The position numbers and the translations under genes were made by a program. From an uncultured archaeon (lineage in GTDB: Archaea; Asgardarchaeota; Lokiarchaeia; Sigyniarchaeales; SOKP01), in NCBI GenBank assembly GCA_964447495.1, contig CAYUTF010000003.1:1-64000 (forward strand): a DNA stretch of 64,000 nucleotides. Reading direction: 5' to 3'. The notes below the pieces were generated by a model that made no database searches, had not been told where the DNA came from, and saw only the letters and a program-made list of their open reading frames with translations. Positions 38,131 through 48,862 of this stretch are shown here, in pieces; the first letter of the stretch is position 1, and each line of letters begins with the position of its first letter.

Positions 38131-39778
38131 ATTTGCATGTGATACTTCTGTTATATTTAACGGTCTTATCATAGATTTAATAGAAGATGGCGAATTAGGA
38201 GACCATCCCGCGATTTTCATATCGAATATTGTAGTGGCTGAAATTGAATATCGAACAAATATTCAAAAGGAAATTGGATTCTATGGATTAAATGTATTAA
38301 AAAAATTACGACAATTTCATAATGATGGAATAATTACCCTCCATGTCGTTGGACATCGTCCTACTCGAGAAGAGATAAAAATGGCACCCGGGGGCGAATT
38401 AGATGCACTGATTCGAGAAAGTGCTGGTGAGAATCATGCGATCTTGATAACTGCTGACAAGATCCAAGGTGATGTGGCCATATTTGAAGGAATTGAAGTA
38501 ATGCCAATAAAGGAGAAAGTGATACATAAAGAAATTCCTCCCAAATCTTTAATGATTATGAGTTTTTTTGATGAAGATACGATGAGCATACATCTAAAAA
38601 CAGGTTTACCTGCTTATGCTAAAAAGGGGAGCCCTGGAAACTGGTATATGGAAGATGTAGCTGAGGAAATCATTGATAAGAAAAAAATTGAAGATATTGC
38701 TTTAGAAATTATCGAATATGTGCGTGAAGATCCCCACTCTTTTGTAGAAATTGAAAAGTATGGAGCCGTAGTAACTCAACTACGTGATTTACGAATTGTG
38801 ATAACCCGTCCCCCATTTTCTAACGATGTTGAGATTACAGCAGTCAAACCTCTCGTTAATTTCACTTTGGAAGATTATTCATTAGATAAACGAATTAGAA
38901 GAAGATTAGAGAAAGCAGAAGGCATCTTAGTTTCAGGATCTCCGGGTGCAGGAAAAAGCACGTTTTCAGCAGCCTTAGCTAATTATTATTCAGAACAAAA
39001 CAAAGTTGTTAAAACGTTAGAAAGTGTAAGGGATTTGCAAGTGAACCCAAAAATTACACAATATACAAAGTTAGAGGGGAGTTTAGAAAATTCGGCAGAT
39101 ATTCTCCTTCTTGTGAGACCGGACTACACAATTTTTGATGAAGTACGAACTACCAAAGATTTTCAAATATTTGCGGATTTTAGGTTATCTGGTGTAGGTA
39201 TGGTAGGTGTTGTTCATTCATCTTCGGCTATAGATGCGATACAAAGATTTATTGGTCGCATTGAACTTGGTATGCTTCCATCAATAATAGATACGATTAT
39301 ATTTATTGAAAAGGGTGATGTATCAACAGTTCTTGCATTGAAAATGACAGTTAAAGTACCACATGGCTTTCGAGATAAGGATTTAGCCCGACCTGTCGTG
39401 GAAGTGAGAGATTATTTAACCAAAAAATTAGAGTTTGAGTTGTATTCCTTTGGACAAGATATTGTAGTCAATCCAATAAATCCATCAAAATCCAAAAGAG
39501 ATATGAATAGTTCAGATGATAATCTTAAACTTGATAAATGGCAAAACAGTGGTGATAAAATTCCTTTAGATATTATTGAATTTAAGAAAAAAGTTATCAT
39601 TCGTGCTGATGAAGAATATGCGAGTAGAAATATTAATGTATATGCTGATAAACGTATTATTTTTAGCGGTTCATTAAGTAGAAGTGCTGAAATATCACTT
39701 TCTTTAACCAATAGAGATGCAAAACAAGTATCAAAAGAATTAAAGAAGAATTCTGAAATCTATGGAATTTTAAAATAA
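38120..39778 (+). CDS. PIN-domain ATPase (PINA, Holliday junction branch-migration ATPase family)
   Basis: N-term PIN (DTSVI...DALIR...LITAD), Walker A GSPGAGKST, FDEVR, GMVGVVH. Confidence 0.9.
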   Translation: MPDKFACDTSVIFNGLIIDLIEDGELGDHPAIFISNIVVAEIEYRTNIQKEIGFYGLNVLKKLRQFHNDGIITLHVVGHRPTREEIKMAPGGELDALIRESAGENHAILITADKIQGDVAIFEGIEVMPIKEKVIHKEIPPKSLMIMSFFDEDTMSIHLKTGLPAYAKKGSPGNWYMEDVAEEIIDKKKIEDIALEIIEYVREDPHSFVEIEKYGAVVTQLRDLRIVITRPPFSNDVEITAVKPLVNFTLEDYSLDKRIRRRLEKAEGILVSGSPGAGKSTFSAALANYYSEQNKVVKTLESVRDLQVNPKITQYTKLEGSLENSADILLLVRPDYTIFDEVRTTKDFQIFADFRLSGVGMVGVVHSSSAIDAIQRFIGRIELGMLPSIIDTIIFIEKGDVSTVLALKMTVKVPHGFRDKDLARPVVEVRDYLTKKLEFELYSFGQDIVVNPINPSKSKRDMNSSDDNLKLDKWQNSGDKIPLDIIEFKKKVIIRADEEYASRNINVYADKRIIFSGSLSRSAEISLSLTNRDAKQVSKELKKNSEIYGILK

Positions 39779-39828
39779 CGATTTATTCATTACCAACATT
39801 TGGAAATTTGTATCTTTTCTCAGTTTGA

Positions 39829-40587
39829 TTATACAGATATATTTTCTAATTTCTTTACTGCATTTACTATTGGCGGAAGAACCTCCATAATATCTTCATA
39901 AAATCGTAAATCGGGGTTGTACTTTAATGGGATTTCCCCACGATTTAGGATAATGAGTTTTGCGCCATTTTGTTTGGCATATAAGGGTAATTCTGCAGCA
40001 GGATACACAACTAATGAAGAACCAATAACAAAAAATACATCTGATGAAATTGATCTATTTATAGCTTCTTCAAGCTCATCCACAGGTAAGGGATCGTTAA
40101 AATTTACAATGCTTGAGATAACTCTACCTCCACATTTAGGACATATTGGTTGATTTTTGCGAGGAGAGTCTGTACGATACCCATTCCCCCAGATTCTTTT
40201 ATCCCACCCAATTTCTTCATAAGTATATTTGGTATTACAGCTGAGGCATTTCATAAAATGGCGATTGCCATGCAATTCAGCTAATTTATCAAAGGGAATT
40301 CCTGATTTAGCATGTAAGCCATCAACATTTTGGGATATTACATAATCTAATTTTCCCATTTTTAAAAGATCCACTATAGCATTGTGAGCAGCATTAGGTT
40401 TAACCTGATCCCAGGGCAGAGATTTAGGAGGGGGAAGGTTCTTATCCCTTCTGGTCCAGACACCATTAGGACCCCGATAGTCAGGTAATCCAGAATGAGT
40501 TGAGATTCCCGCACCAGTAAATATAACTAATTTCTTTGAATCTACTATCCATTTAGCTACTAAGTCAATTTTCTCTTCTAAATCCAT
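39829..40587 (-). CDS. Sir2-family NAD-dependent deacylase
   Basis: TGAGIST.SGLPDYRG, QNVDGLH, ELHGN, CLSC/CPKC, GSSLVVYPAA. Confidence 0.93.
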   Translation of the reverse strand: MDLEEKIDLVAKWIVDSKKLVIFTGAGISTHSGLPDYRGPNGVWTRRDKNLPPPKSLPWDQVKPNAAHNAIVDLLKMGKLDYVISQNVDGLHAKSGIPFDKLAELHGNRHFMKCLSCNTKYTYEEIGWDKRIWGNGYRTDSPRKNQPICPKCGGRVISSIVNFNDPLPVDELEEAINRSISSDVFFVIGSSLVVYPAAELPLYAKQNGAKLIILNRGEIPLKYNPDLRFYEDIMEVLPPIVNAVKKLENISV

Positions 40588-40631
40588 AATAAGTTTAAAA
40601 AAAATCTTGTATAAAAAATTAATTGTTGGGA

Positions 40632-41900
40632 TTAAACGATTTCGCTTAGATTTATTCCTTTTGTTTCCTTGATATTCTTATAAATTAGGGGGATGTTTAT
40701 CAAAAATAATAAGCTTAAGGCAACAAATGATATTGCTAAACCTAAACTAAAAGTTATAAAAAAGCTTATCAGTAATCCAATAGTAACTCCTGAAGCAGCA
40801 ACTAATGATTTTAACCCTGTTGCGGTTCCTCTTGTCTCTGTAGGTACAATTTCTAGGGTTACAATACTTATTAAGATGCGAAAGCCCCAGTAACATAGAT
40901 TAGCTATTCCGGCTCCAAGAGCCACTACAATTAATGCACCTTGTGGCAAATTAACGCCAAAAACTACTATTAATAAGGATATGGGAAATAAAATAGAATA
41001 AAGATATAAAAGAGGCTTTCTACCATATTTATCTGCAACTATTCCTGTAATCAAATATCCCAAAATAGACGCTATCCCCATTATCCATACTATCAAATCT
41101 ACATCATCTTTAGATAATGGACTGTTTGTAAGAAAATTTTCTCCAACTAAAATAAATAGATTATTTACTCCTACGATTAAACTTATTATTAAAATTGTGT
41201 CATACTGAGACTTGCGTGAAGATTTAAAAATTAATTTAAGATTTTCTTTAAATTTATTAGAAGGTCTTTCTTCGGCTAATTTTATTTCTTTAATTTCCTG
41301 ATATTTAGATGTTTCTTTAAAAGTAAGAAGAATAATAATACTTAAAGGAATGCCCAAAGCAATTGCAAAATATGTCATTCCTCTCCAATCTACAATGATA
41401 CTATGAAAGAAAGGAATTAATAAAGCTCCAGCTACACCTCCAATCAGTACAAAATTCGTGTATAAAGCTCGTTTTTTTGGTGGGCTTTCTTCGTTTATGA
41501 ATATGACCCAGATATCCGAATTGAAGAAAAAATATAAAAAAAACAGAAAGATAGTAAACATGACAATATTCGTAGATAATGAAATTAATAGTGAGAAGAA
41601 TCCCATTCCGAATATAGTAATAACCAAAAGAATCTTCCTTCCAATCTTATCGGTTAAATATTGATTGATGATAACAAAAAACATACCTAATGTCGAAATT
41701 GCCAAAAAAAGTTGGTAATAGGCAATAGCCGCATCCTCAGCTAATAAAGGAAAGAATTCTGCAGAAATATCCGATACAACTACATTTAGATTATTAGTAG
41801 TATATGTATCTAAAATCTCTACAAACATTAATATGAAAATCATATATTTAAAATAATTTTTTGATTTATGTTGACTATTCATGGTTTTTTTAGTGATCAT
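40632..41900 (-). CDS. MFS transporter
   Basis: TDKIGRK and ADKYGRK motif A, EESP..KRA, EIVPTETRG; 12 TM helices. Confidence 0.9.
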   Translation of the reverse strand: MITKKTMNSQHKSKNYFKYMIFILMFVEILDTYTTNNLNVVVSDISAEFFPLLAEDAAIAYYQLFLAISTLGMFFVIINQYLTDKIGRKILLVITIFGMGFFSLLISLSTNIVMFTIFLFFLYFFFNSDIWVIFINEESPPKKRALYTNFVLIGGVAGALLIPFFHSIIVDWRGMTYFAIALGIPLSIIILLTFKETSKYQEIKEIKLAEERPSNKFKENLKLIFKSSRKSQYDTILIISLIVGVNNLFILVGENFLTNSPLSKDDVDLIVWIMGIASILGYLITGIVADKYGRKPLLYLYSILFPISLLIVVFGVNLPQGALIVVALGAGIANLCYWGFRILISIVTLEIVPTETRGTATGLKSLVAASGVTIGLLISFFITFSLGLAISFVALSLLFLINIPLIYKNIKETKGINLSEIV

Positions 41901-42100
41901 AATATTACTTCGTCCTAATAATATTTAAAATTAAAAAATAAATAAATAATATCCCATTATATCAAGCAATTTGACTTCAAGAACATAAAATTGAATTAAC
42001 CATGTAGTTTTTTAATATATAAAAATATACATAATTGGAAATTAGTTGCAGAAAGTTTTTATTTCTATATGGTGAAGTATATATAAAGTAATACGGTTGA

Positions 42101-42499
42101 GTGTATTTGACGTTTGCTATAGAATTTGAAGAAGATGCTATTAAAAATATTCAGAAAGATTATATTCAGGTGAAATGTGATCCTAATCAATTGAAATTGA
42201 TAAAGAGCGTATCCCAAATATTATCTGAACAAATTGATGTCCCTATATTAACCATGAGAGGGGCAACTTGGTATGCATTGAAGGAATGGCAGACAATAAA
42301 TAATAAAAACATCGCACAATTAAATAACTTTCCAATTACCGAAAAATTGTTCGCTGCAAAAGAGATTTTTGACATTGGAAAGCGTGTATTAACAGAAATA
42401 TTAAAAGATCCATGTAATGAAAATAAAAATAAGTTAGATATTGCATATGAAAAAGCATTCAAAATATATTTGAATGCGATTAATCGGATTTCTCATTAA
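42101..42499 (+). CDS. Hypothetical protein
   Basis: 132-aa ORF with protein-like composition, convergent with the PHP gene. Confidence 0.6.
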   Translation: MYLTFAIEFEEDAIKNIQKDYIQVKCDPNQLKLIKSVSQILSEQIDVPILTMRGATWYALKEWQTINNKNIAQLNNFPITEKLFAAKEIFDIGKRVLTEILKDPCNENKNKLDIAYEKAFKIYLNAINRISH

Positions 42500-43245
42500 A
42501 ATATTTTTAATACTTCTTTTCTCGTTTTAAGCGCATTAATAAAGCTTAGGAAATTAGGATCAAGCTCATAATAAGAAATCATTTGAAGAGATCCATCAAA
42601 ATCGTTTAAATTAGATAAATTATGGGAATCACATCCAATTGAGACCATGATCTCCGAATTTTTTAAGTAGCTAAAAAACGTCTCATTTCTTCTTGAAAAA
42701 TATTGAGAGTAACTTGAGTTAAATTCAAAAAAAATATTATTCTCTTTCAAAAATTTAATTAAAACTCCCAAATCGTTATATTCAAAATATGATGGGTCAA
42801 AATGGGCTAATCCTAACAATGCGAGCTCCTTTTTTCTACCATATTTTTGCTTCCAGTATAAAAGGAGGTTTCTTATAAAAGCTATCCCCTCAAAACTTTC
42901 TAGATATTCAAATAAGATAATATCAAAGTGATAGGGGTTAATTAAATTTGATAAGAATTCATAGGAACTGCTGATATCGATCTCCACTCCTTTAAAAAGA
43001 CCGAAGTTGGGAGCCTTAATTTTGAATTCTTTTTGAATATCTGAGATTTCATTTAAATATCTTCTTATTTTCACTTTATCATTTAAACTTGGAATAATAT
43101 CGGCCTTCCATGAGTTTGTGCAATGATCTGTTATGCTTATATAATTTAATCCCAGATTGATTGATTTTTCAACAATTTCTCTTATTGAGTTTTTACCATC
43201 AGAATAATTCGAATGAATATGCAGATTAATCTTTGGAAAATTCAT
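42496..43245 (-). CDS. PHP-domain phosphoesterase
   Basis: NLHIHSNYSDG, ITDH, GVE, AH, GCDSH. Confidence 0.88.
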   Translation of the reverse strand: MNFPKINLHIHSNYSDGKNSIREIVEKSINLGLNYISITDHCTNSWKADIIPSLNDKVKIRRYLNEISDIQKEFKIKAPNFGLFKGVEIDISSSYEFLSNLINPYHFDIILFEYLESFEGIAFIRNLLLYWKQKYGRKKELALLGLAHFDPSYFEYNDLGVLIKFLKENNIFFEFNSSYSQYFSRRNETFFSYLKNSEIMVSIGCDSHNLSNLNDFDGSLQMISYYELDPNFLSFINALKTRKEVLKIF

Positions 43246-43263
43246 GATTAGAGAGAAATATAA

Positions 43264-45135
43264 TTAGATTCCGAATGATTTTAACTCTTTATAATTGAAC
43301 CACATTAATATTGAACTAAATATAAGTGCAATTTCAAAAAAGATTAAAAGTCCGCTAAATATGAATTTTATAGCTAGTTGTGGAACAATAGTTATTCCAA
43401 TATTTAATTCTTGAATGATAACGATATCATTCATAAAAAGAAGGATAATGAAGAAATTAAGAACACAAAAAAATACTTCAATACTCACTAACGAAATAGT
43501 AATAAAATTTAAGACTCCGGACTTCTTTTTTCCTAATTCTATGATTTGAGCGCTGCCTAAGTTTATTGCTACTACTTGTTTATCTATTTTTTTAACAAAG
43601 TAATATACGATTTCTCGAATTGAAATAACATCGAAAATAAGCAATCCAATATTAAATAGACAAATTAAAATTAAAATTCTATTTAATAAAATAACTGAAG
43701 GATTGAGAATAGAATTATTATTAATTAACCAAATAAAGGTGCTTAAAATAAGAATTAGAAAAAACTTTATTCCTGATAAAGTTAATCTGATTGAATGCCG
43801 GTCGGTGATAGTTAATAAGTAATAAGCAACACCAACAATAGAAATAATAAACCCTATAAGAATTGCTGTTAAAGATAAGAATAAAGAGAAGAATAAAAAT
43901 AAGATACTAATAAAAATAGGCAAATATGGAAAGAAAGGTGCTTTAAATGGACGATCTAATTCCTTTCTTTTTCTTCTTAATTTAACAGCAGCATAATTAA
44001 CAGCTGCTAAACCAAAAAAATAAATAAAGCTTATAGTTTCAGCAGTTAATCCAATCTCGGCAAAAATAGTAAAGATACTGGCGATAGATGCTGTAATAAT
44101 CAAAGCAAGAGATGGAAAATTAGTAAATTTTTTTGTTTCTTTTATTTTTTCAGGGAAATAGTGATCTCTCGCAAGAGCAGTAATTACACTTACTGCAGAT
44201 CCTAATGACGCATTAATTAATATCAGTGTGGAAATTAATGTCGCTAAAGCCATTATAAAAAATCCAATAATTCCAAAAGGACCTAAAATATTCATTAAGA
44301 TATTTGCTAATAAAACTGGACTTTCGTTCAAGTTAGTTGGATCATTTCCAATATTTATTAACACCACAAAAGTGACTAGTAGGTATATTAACAGAGTAAT
44401 TAATATAGCCATTATATTTACTCTTGGAATGTTTTTTGATGGACTTTTTAAATTAATGTTCAAATACGCAAGATTTGAAGTAATAGATGAGAAAAATATG
44501 AATAAGACTGAAAAAATCGATATTACACTGAAAAAATCAGTTCCAGTAAAAAGAAAGTTAGGATTATAACTTGGTGCATCAATGAGTGGTGATACTATTA
44601 GGCCACAAATAATAAAGAAAGCAAAAATCCCGATTAAACTCATTGTGAGATAGAGTAAAGTTTTAATAGCAATGCTTTGAGCTCGAAAAATTACAACACT
44701 TGTAAATACTATGGCAATTATTGCAATTGGGGCTACAAAGGGAGAAATTGCATCTGTTCCAAATTTTTTTCCTACTTCTTTGAATACTAACGCAAAGATT
44801 TGTGCAGAAAAAGAACAGGAAGCAATATTAGCTATCCATAAAAAAAACCCAATTATAAAAGCTAAAAACCCTCCCAATCCTTCTTTGCTAAAATTATAAG
44901 ATCCACCAGCACGTGGTAAGCTTGTAGACAATTCAGCATAATTAAGCGCAGTAAAAAAGATTAAAATACCACATAGTATGAGACTGATTAAAACTCCCGG
45001 ACCTGCAATAGAAATAGCATCCCCCAATAAAATGAATATCGATCCACCTATTCCAACTCCAATCCCATAAAGGATCCCTTGATACAATTTCATATTTCTA
45101 TCGGGAAGGCTTCCTTCTTTTTTAGTTTCATTCAT
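43264..45135 (-). CDS. APC-family amino acid permease with extra C-terminal TM helices
   Basis: IGGSIF, YAELSTSLPRAGGSY, PSKNIPR, ALARD, RPFKAP. Confidence 0.88.
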   Translation of the reverse strand: MNETKKEGSLPDRNMKLYQGILYGIGVGIGGSIFILLGDAISIAGPGVLISLILCGILIFFTALNYAELSTSLPRAGGSYNFSKEGLGGFLAFIIGFFLWIANIASCSFSAQIFALVFKEVGKKFGTDAISPFVAPIAIIAIVFTSVVIFRAQSIAIKTLLYLTMSLIGIFAFFIICGLIVSPLIDAPSYNPNFLFTGTDFFSVISIFSVLFIFFSSITSNLAYLNINLKSPSKNIPRVNIMAILITLLIYLLVTFVVLINIGNDPTNLNESPVLLANILMNILGPFGIIGFFIMALATLISTLILINASLGSAVSVITALARDHYFPEKIKETKKFTNFPSLALIITASIASIFTIFAEIGLTAETISFIYFFGLAAVNYAAVKLRRKRKELDRPFKAPFFPYLPIFISILFLFFSLFLSLTAILIGFIISIVGVAYYLLTITDRHSIRLTLSGIKFFLILILSTFIWLINNNSILNPSVILLNRILILICLFNIGLLIFDVISIREIVYYFVKKIDKQVVAINLGSAQIIELGKKKSGVLNFITISLVSIEVFFCVLNFFIILLFMNDIVIIQELNIGITIVPQLAIKFIFSGLLIFFEIALIFSSILMWFNYKELKSFGI

Positions 45136-45197
45136 CGTTAATCATTAATGTCAGTTATTGAGAAAATAGGATTATATAATGATTAGATTACTTCATC

Positions 45198-46691
45198 CTA
45201 TGACTTTTCTAAATGGAAGATGCCAGAGATTATTGTAAATCCCGCACTAATTAATAATAATATACTAATAAAACTAAGGTCAAAATCACCGATTTCAATT
45301 AGATTAATGCCACCGAAATTAATAAAATTAAAGATATCTCCTAATGCTAAGATAATAAAAAAGATACCAACACATATTAATATACCACCAAAAAATTTTG
45401 AAAGCCGGTAAATCAATGAAAGCGTTTTTAATCGATTAATTCTACTTTCTTTATCTCGAATTTCCTCTTCTTGATTTTCTAATTCTACTTTTAGTTCTTG
45501 AAGGAGTGCTTTTGCATCATTTGTGCTATTTTCGATCACTTCTTTAGATTTTATTAGCTTATCGTGCTCTGCTTGCATATAACTTAGTTTTTCTGATAAA
45601 GAATTTAATCGTTCTTCTCTCTCAATATATTCATGGTTTGTGCCTTCAATATTTGCTTTTAAATCATCCAATCTTTTTTCATTAACTTCAATAAGATTTT
45701 TTTGTTTAGCAATCTGGTCATTAATAGTCACAAAAGTTTCATTTAAATTTTGAATCTTTGACTCTAATTCAATTAATGCTTGTTGCTTTTCAGTTAGCTG
45801 TACTTTATATTTAGCAAGTAATTCTTCATAAGTCGCTCTTTGTTCCTCCATTTCAGGAAAGCCTTCTTTATAGTCCTGAATTTGTTGTTCAATTAATTTT
45901 ATTCTTGATTCTTTCTTATCAATTTGTTCAGCTAATAACTTTTTTTCTTCTTCCTTTACTTCTATTTCCTTATTTGTATGTTCTAACTCAAATTTATTTT
46001 TATCGATGGTAGCTTTCATTGTGTCATTTTCAGCTTTAAGACTTTGAATCTTTTTTTCTAATGCTGCTGCTGCTTCTTTTTGCTTTTCAACAATATCTTG
46101 TTTTTCTTGGATTTCTTGCTTAAATTTAGAGATATTAGTTCTCAATTCTTCTTGAGTTGCGACTTTCTCTTTAACACTATCAGTAAGAACAATAAGATCT
46201 ACCTGTCTTGCTTCATAAGTATTTACTAATTGTTCATTTAGTTTTATTAATTCTTTATATTCCTCTTCAAGGTTTTCTTTACTCTCTTTTACAATCTCTA
46301 GACTTTCTTCTAAATTTTGCATCTCTTCATTTTTTTTATTATACTTTTCTTCTAATTCCTTGATAGTCTCTTCTAATACCGTTAAGTATTCATCTTTGTC
46401 ATCTACTTTTTTTTTTACAACATTAAATTTCTCTTCAGCTACTTTGAGTTCTTGATTTATCTCTTCAAGTTCCTTCTTTTCCTTAACTTTGATTTCTTCA
46501 TCGGAATCGTTTTCTTTGATTGTATCCGAGATATGTTCTATGCTATTCTCAAATGTTCTTAGCTTTTTATCAATTAAATCTCTAGAATTCTTAGCTTTAG
46601 ATAAGATTTCTTTATCAACTCTTTCGACATCCTTTTCAAGCTTGTTTTCTTCCTTTTTCTCCTTCTCATCTTCCTTTAAATCGTCAGTCAT
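45198..46691 (-). CDS. Long coiled-coil protein with C-terminal two-helix membrane anchor
   Basis: About 420 aa of continuous E/K/Q/L heptads without ATPase motifs, then two hydrophobic helices. Confidence 0.8.
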   Translation of the reverse strand: MTDDLKEDEKEKKEENKLEKDVERVDKEILSKAKNSRDLIDKKLRTFENSIEHISDTIKENDSDEEIKVKEKKELEEINQELKVAEEKFNVVKKKVDDKDEYLTVLEETIKELEEKYNKKNEEMQNLEESLEIVKESKENLEEEYKELIKLNEQLVNTYEARQVDLIVLTDSVKEKVATQEELRTNISKFKQEIQEKQDIVEKQKEAAAALEKKIQSLKAENDTMKATIDKNKFELEHTNKEIEVKEEEKKLLAEQIDKKESRIKLIEQQIQDYKEGFPEMEEQRATYEELLAKYKVQLTEKQQALIELESKIQNLNETFVTINDQIAKQKNLIEVNEKRLDDLKANIEGTNHEYIEREERLNSLSEKLSYMQAEHDKLIKSKEVIENSTNDAKALLQELKVELENQEEEIRDKESRINRLKTLSLIYRLSKFFGGILICVGIFFIILALGDIFNFINFGGINLIEIGDFDLSFISILLLISAGFTIISGIFHLEKS

Positions 46692-47028
46692 ATGATCAAT
46701 TTTTTATAGAATTGGTTTTACGTTTTATTAAATTAGAAGTAGAATTAAAAATATAAAGTTTAATTTTTATTTAAATATGAAAAAAAAATTGGGCTTTGAT
46801 CGACTATTTTGTTGATTATATAGATGTTTCTACTATTCATCCAATTACACTACCTAAGTAAATATATGTATTTAAGATATCTAAATTTATGATACACTCA
46901 TTCGATTCGTTTAATAGGGTAATATTTTAAACAATAAATTTAAATATGACTATTGGTGTGAATAAATAAAAATTTTAAAAAGGGATACTAGAGAATTTTA
47001 CGCACCATTTACTCATATCTGTAATTTA

Positions 47029-47256
47029 TTAGATGATATTATAAAAAGGAAATTCCTTTGCCACATATTTAGAAATATAAACACTCGCTTTTCCGATTCG
47101 CTCTTTTTCAGGAATTATGTCATATTCCATTGATAGTTGTCTAAAAAATAGAGCGATTATATCTTGTGGTTTTTGAATATAAGTATTTTCAGGGATTTTC
47201 ATCAAATACAATTGTGTTCGATTCCTAATTTGGGAAGCTGAGCTTACAGAAGTCAT
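47029..47256 (-). CDS. Small hypothetical protein
   Basis: 75-aa ORF directly downstream of and co-oriented with 47269-48759. Confidence 0.5.
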   Translation of the reverse strand: MTSVSSASQIRNRTQLYLMKIPENTYIQKPQDIIALFFRQLSMEYDIIPEKERIGKASVYISKYVAKEFPFYNII

Positions 47257-47268
47257 TTTTTCAATACT

Positions 47269-48759
47269 TTAATTTTCTTTATACAATTTTACCTCTATAA
47301 AAAGATCAAGAGTTCTTGGACCAAAAGTCGTCAATATATAAAAATTTTCTCTTGTTCCCAATTCTAACTCCCGATTTATAATTGGAATTATTAATTGCTT
47401 AGACCCATATGTACTAGCAATTCTATGATCAAGATGGTTAAAATCTGCCCGATTCTCTTTAGCTAATACCGTATGCATGAATTTTGAGCTATCTTCTTTA
47501 CTTAATTCTGCAAAATAATAATGTAAATCAAGATAATTACCAATTTCATGTTCATTGATTAATAAAGAAGTAGTTGTGTGATAAGAACGAATAAGTACTT
47601 CTCCATCATTCAAATTTGGATATTTTTTTAAAGCATCATGAAAAATCTTTTTTATGATATCTGTCAGAAATAATAATTGAGTAATACTATAACTCCTTAA
47701 TTGTATTTTATAGCGTGATAATATCTGATTACCATAGGTTTGATGATAAGATTCTTTTATTTTTATAAAAGTATTACAGTTAACTTGATTTATAGGTTGA
47801 AAAATAGTTGAATTTAATCGATTGATATTACGGAAAATCCAACTTCTTAATAAGTTTTTTTGAGAAAAAGGTAATAATTCTGTTGCTTCTAAAAAACCTC
47901 TTGTTATTTGAGAGATTTCTAAAGTGGGAGTAGCGCTTCCAATCGAGATTCTATACCAAAAATTTTGAATAAGCCCTTTTATATTAAAGATATTTTTGAA
48001 AATGTCAGTAGGTGTCATCCCTCCGAAAGCTCTTGGATCAATCTCGATCCATAAATTAACATATTTTTTTAAAATGTTAACATATCTCTCTAACTCACTT
48101 GCTACGTCAATACCACTCAAAATAATAGTATTATTAGGATATTTAGATACAAAGCTTTCAATTCGTTCAAGTGTTGTATATTCACGATGATTGTCTGGAA
48201 ATTTAAAATTACCAAGATCAATTTTTATAAAAAGGGATTTATTGCTACAAAATTTTAAGATCTGCTTCAATTGTTCGTTTGCATTATCTAAAAGTTCTAA
48301 TTTTATGAATGATGGATAAATAACGATTCCACAAACCGGGATTTGCTTTTGAATACGTTCGATTTCTATAATAGAGTTTTTTTCTGGCGCATTATTACTA
48401 AGATCAAATGATAAAATACCTTTAAAGATTGTTGGTTCCTTGCCAATTACTTTAATAACATCAGAATTAGAAATACCATACGATTTTCCTATATCCATAG
48501 CTTGAACCAAACCTCTATGAATTCCTGAACAGCTAAATTCAATTTTTTCATCCTCAATACTTAGTTTCCTTTTATAAAATAGGGGGGTTCTCTGATTATC
48601 TTTTAATTTTAAAAGGTTATTTAAAGCGTCTGAATGGGGTATGTCGCTAAATATAGGCCAAATAAGACTGTCTATTTTCCCATATGAAAAAGCATCACCA
48701 AAAGTATTACCAAAGATGCACGTAAAGTCAGGTTGATATAATCTCTCCATATCAATCAA
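47269..48759 (-). CDS. Degenerate amidohydrolase TIM-barrel fused to a C-terminal YjbQ/UPF0047 domain
   Basis: N-term GIVIYP, KYPNNTIILS, NLWIE, ISIGS..P; C-term HTTTSLLINE...NHLDH...LELGTRENFY...GPR. Confidence 0.65.
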   Translation of the reverse strand: MIDMERLYQPDFTCIFGNTFGDAFSYGKIDSLIWPIFSDIPHSDALNNLLKLKDNQRTPLFYKRKLSIEDEKIEFSCSGIHRGLVQAMDIGKSYGISNSDVIKVIGKEPTIFKGILSFDLSNNAPEKNSIIEIERIQKQIPVCGIVIYPSFIKLELLDNANEQLKQILKFCSNKSLFIKIDLGNFKFPDNHREYTTLERIESFVSKYPNNTIILSGIDVASELERYVNILKKYVNLWIEIDPRAFGGMTPTDIFKNIFNIKGLIQNFWYRISIGSATPTLEISQITRGFLEATELLPFSQKNLLRSWIFRNINRLNSTIFQPINQVNCNTFIKIKESYHQTYGNQILSRYKIQLRSYSITQLLFLTDIIKKIFHDALKKYPNLNDGEVLIRSYHTTTSLLINEHEIGNYLDLHYYFAELSKEDSSKFMHTVLAKENRADFNHLDHRIASTYGSKQLIIPIINRELELGTRENFYILTTFGPRTLDLFIEVKLYKEN

Positions 48760-48862
48760 ATAATTGAAATTTTAAAAAATTTAGATAAATTAATTTAATT
48801 ACAAAAATCAAATAATAATTATAAATTTAATTTCAACTAAAATTAAATAGAATTCTCTAAAG

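Noticed and set aside
45198-46691. SMC/Rad50 call for the coiled-coil protein
   Set aside because: No Walker A/B, signature motif, hinge or Zn-hook; it has a TM anchor instead.
46692-47028. Longest intergenic gap, checked for tRNA, ncRNA or CRISPR repeats
   Set aside because: No cloverleaf/T-loop, GC-rich stems or regularly spaced repeats seen.
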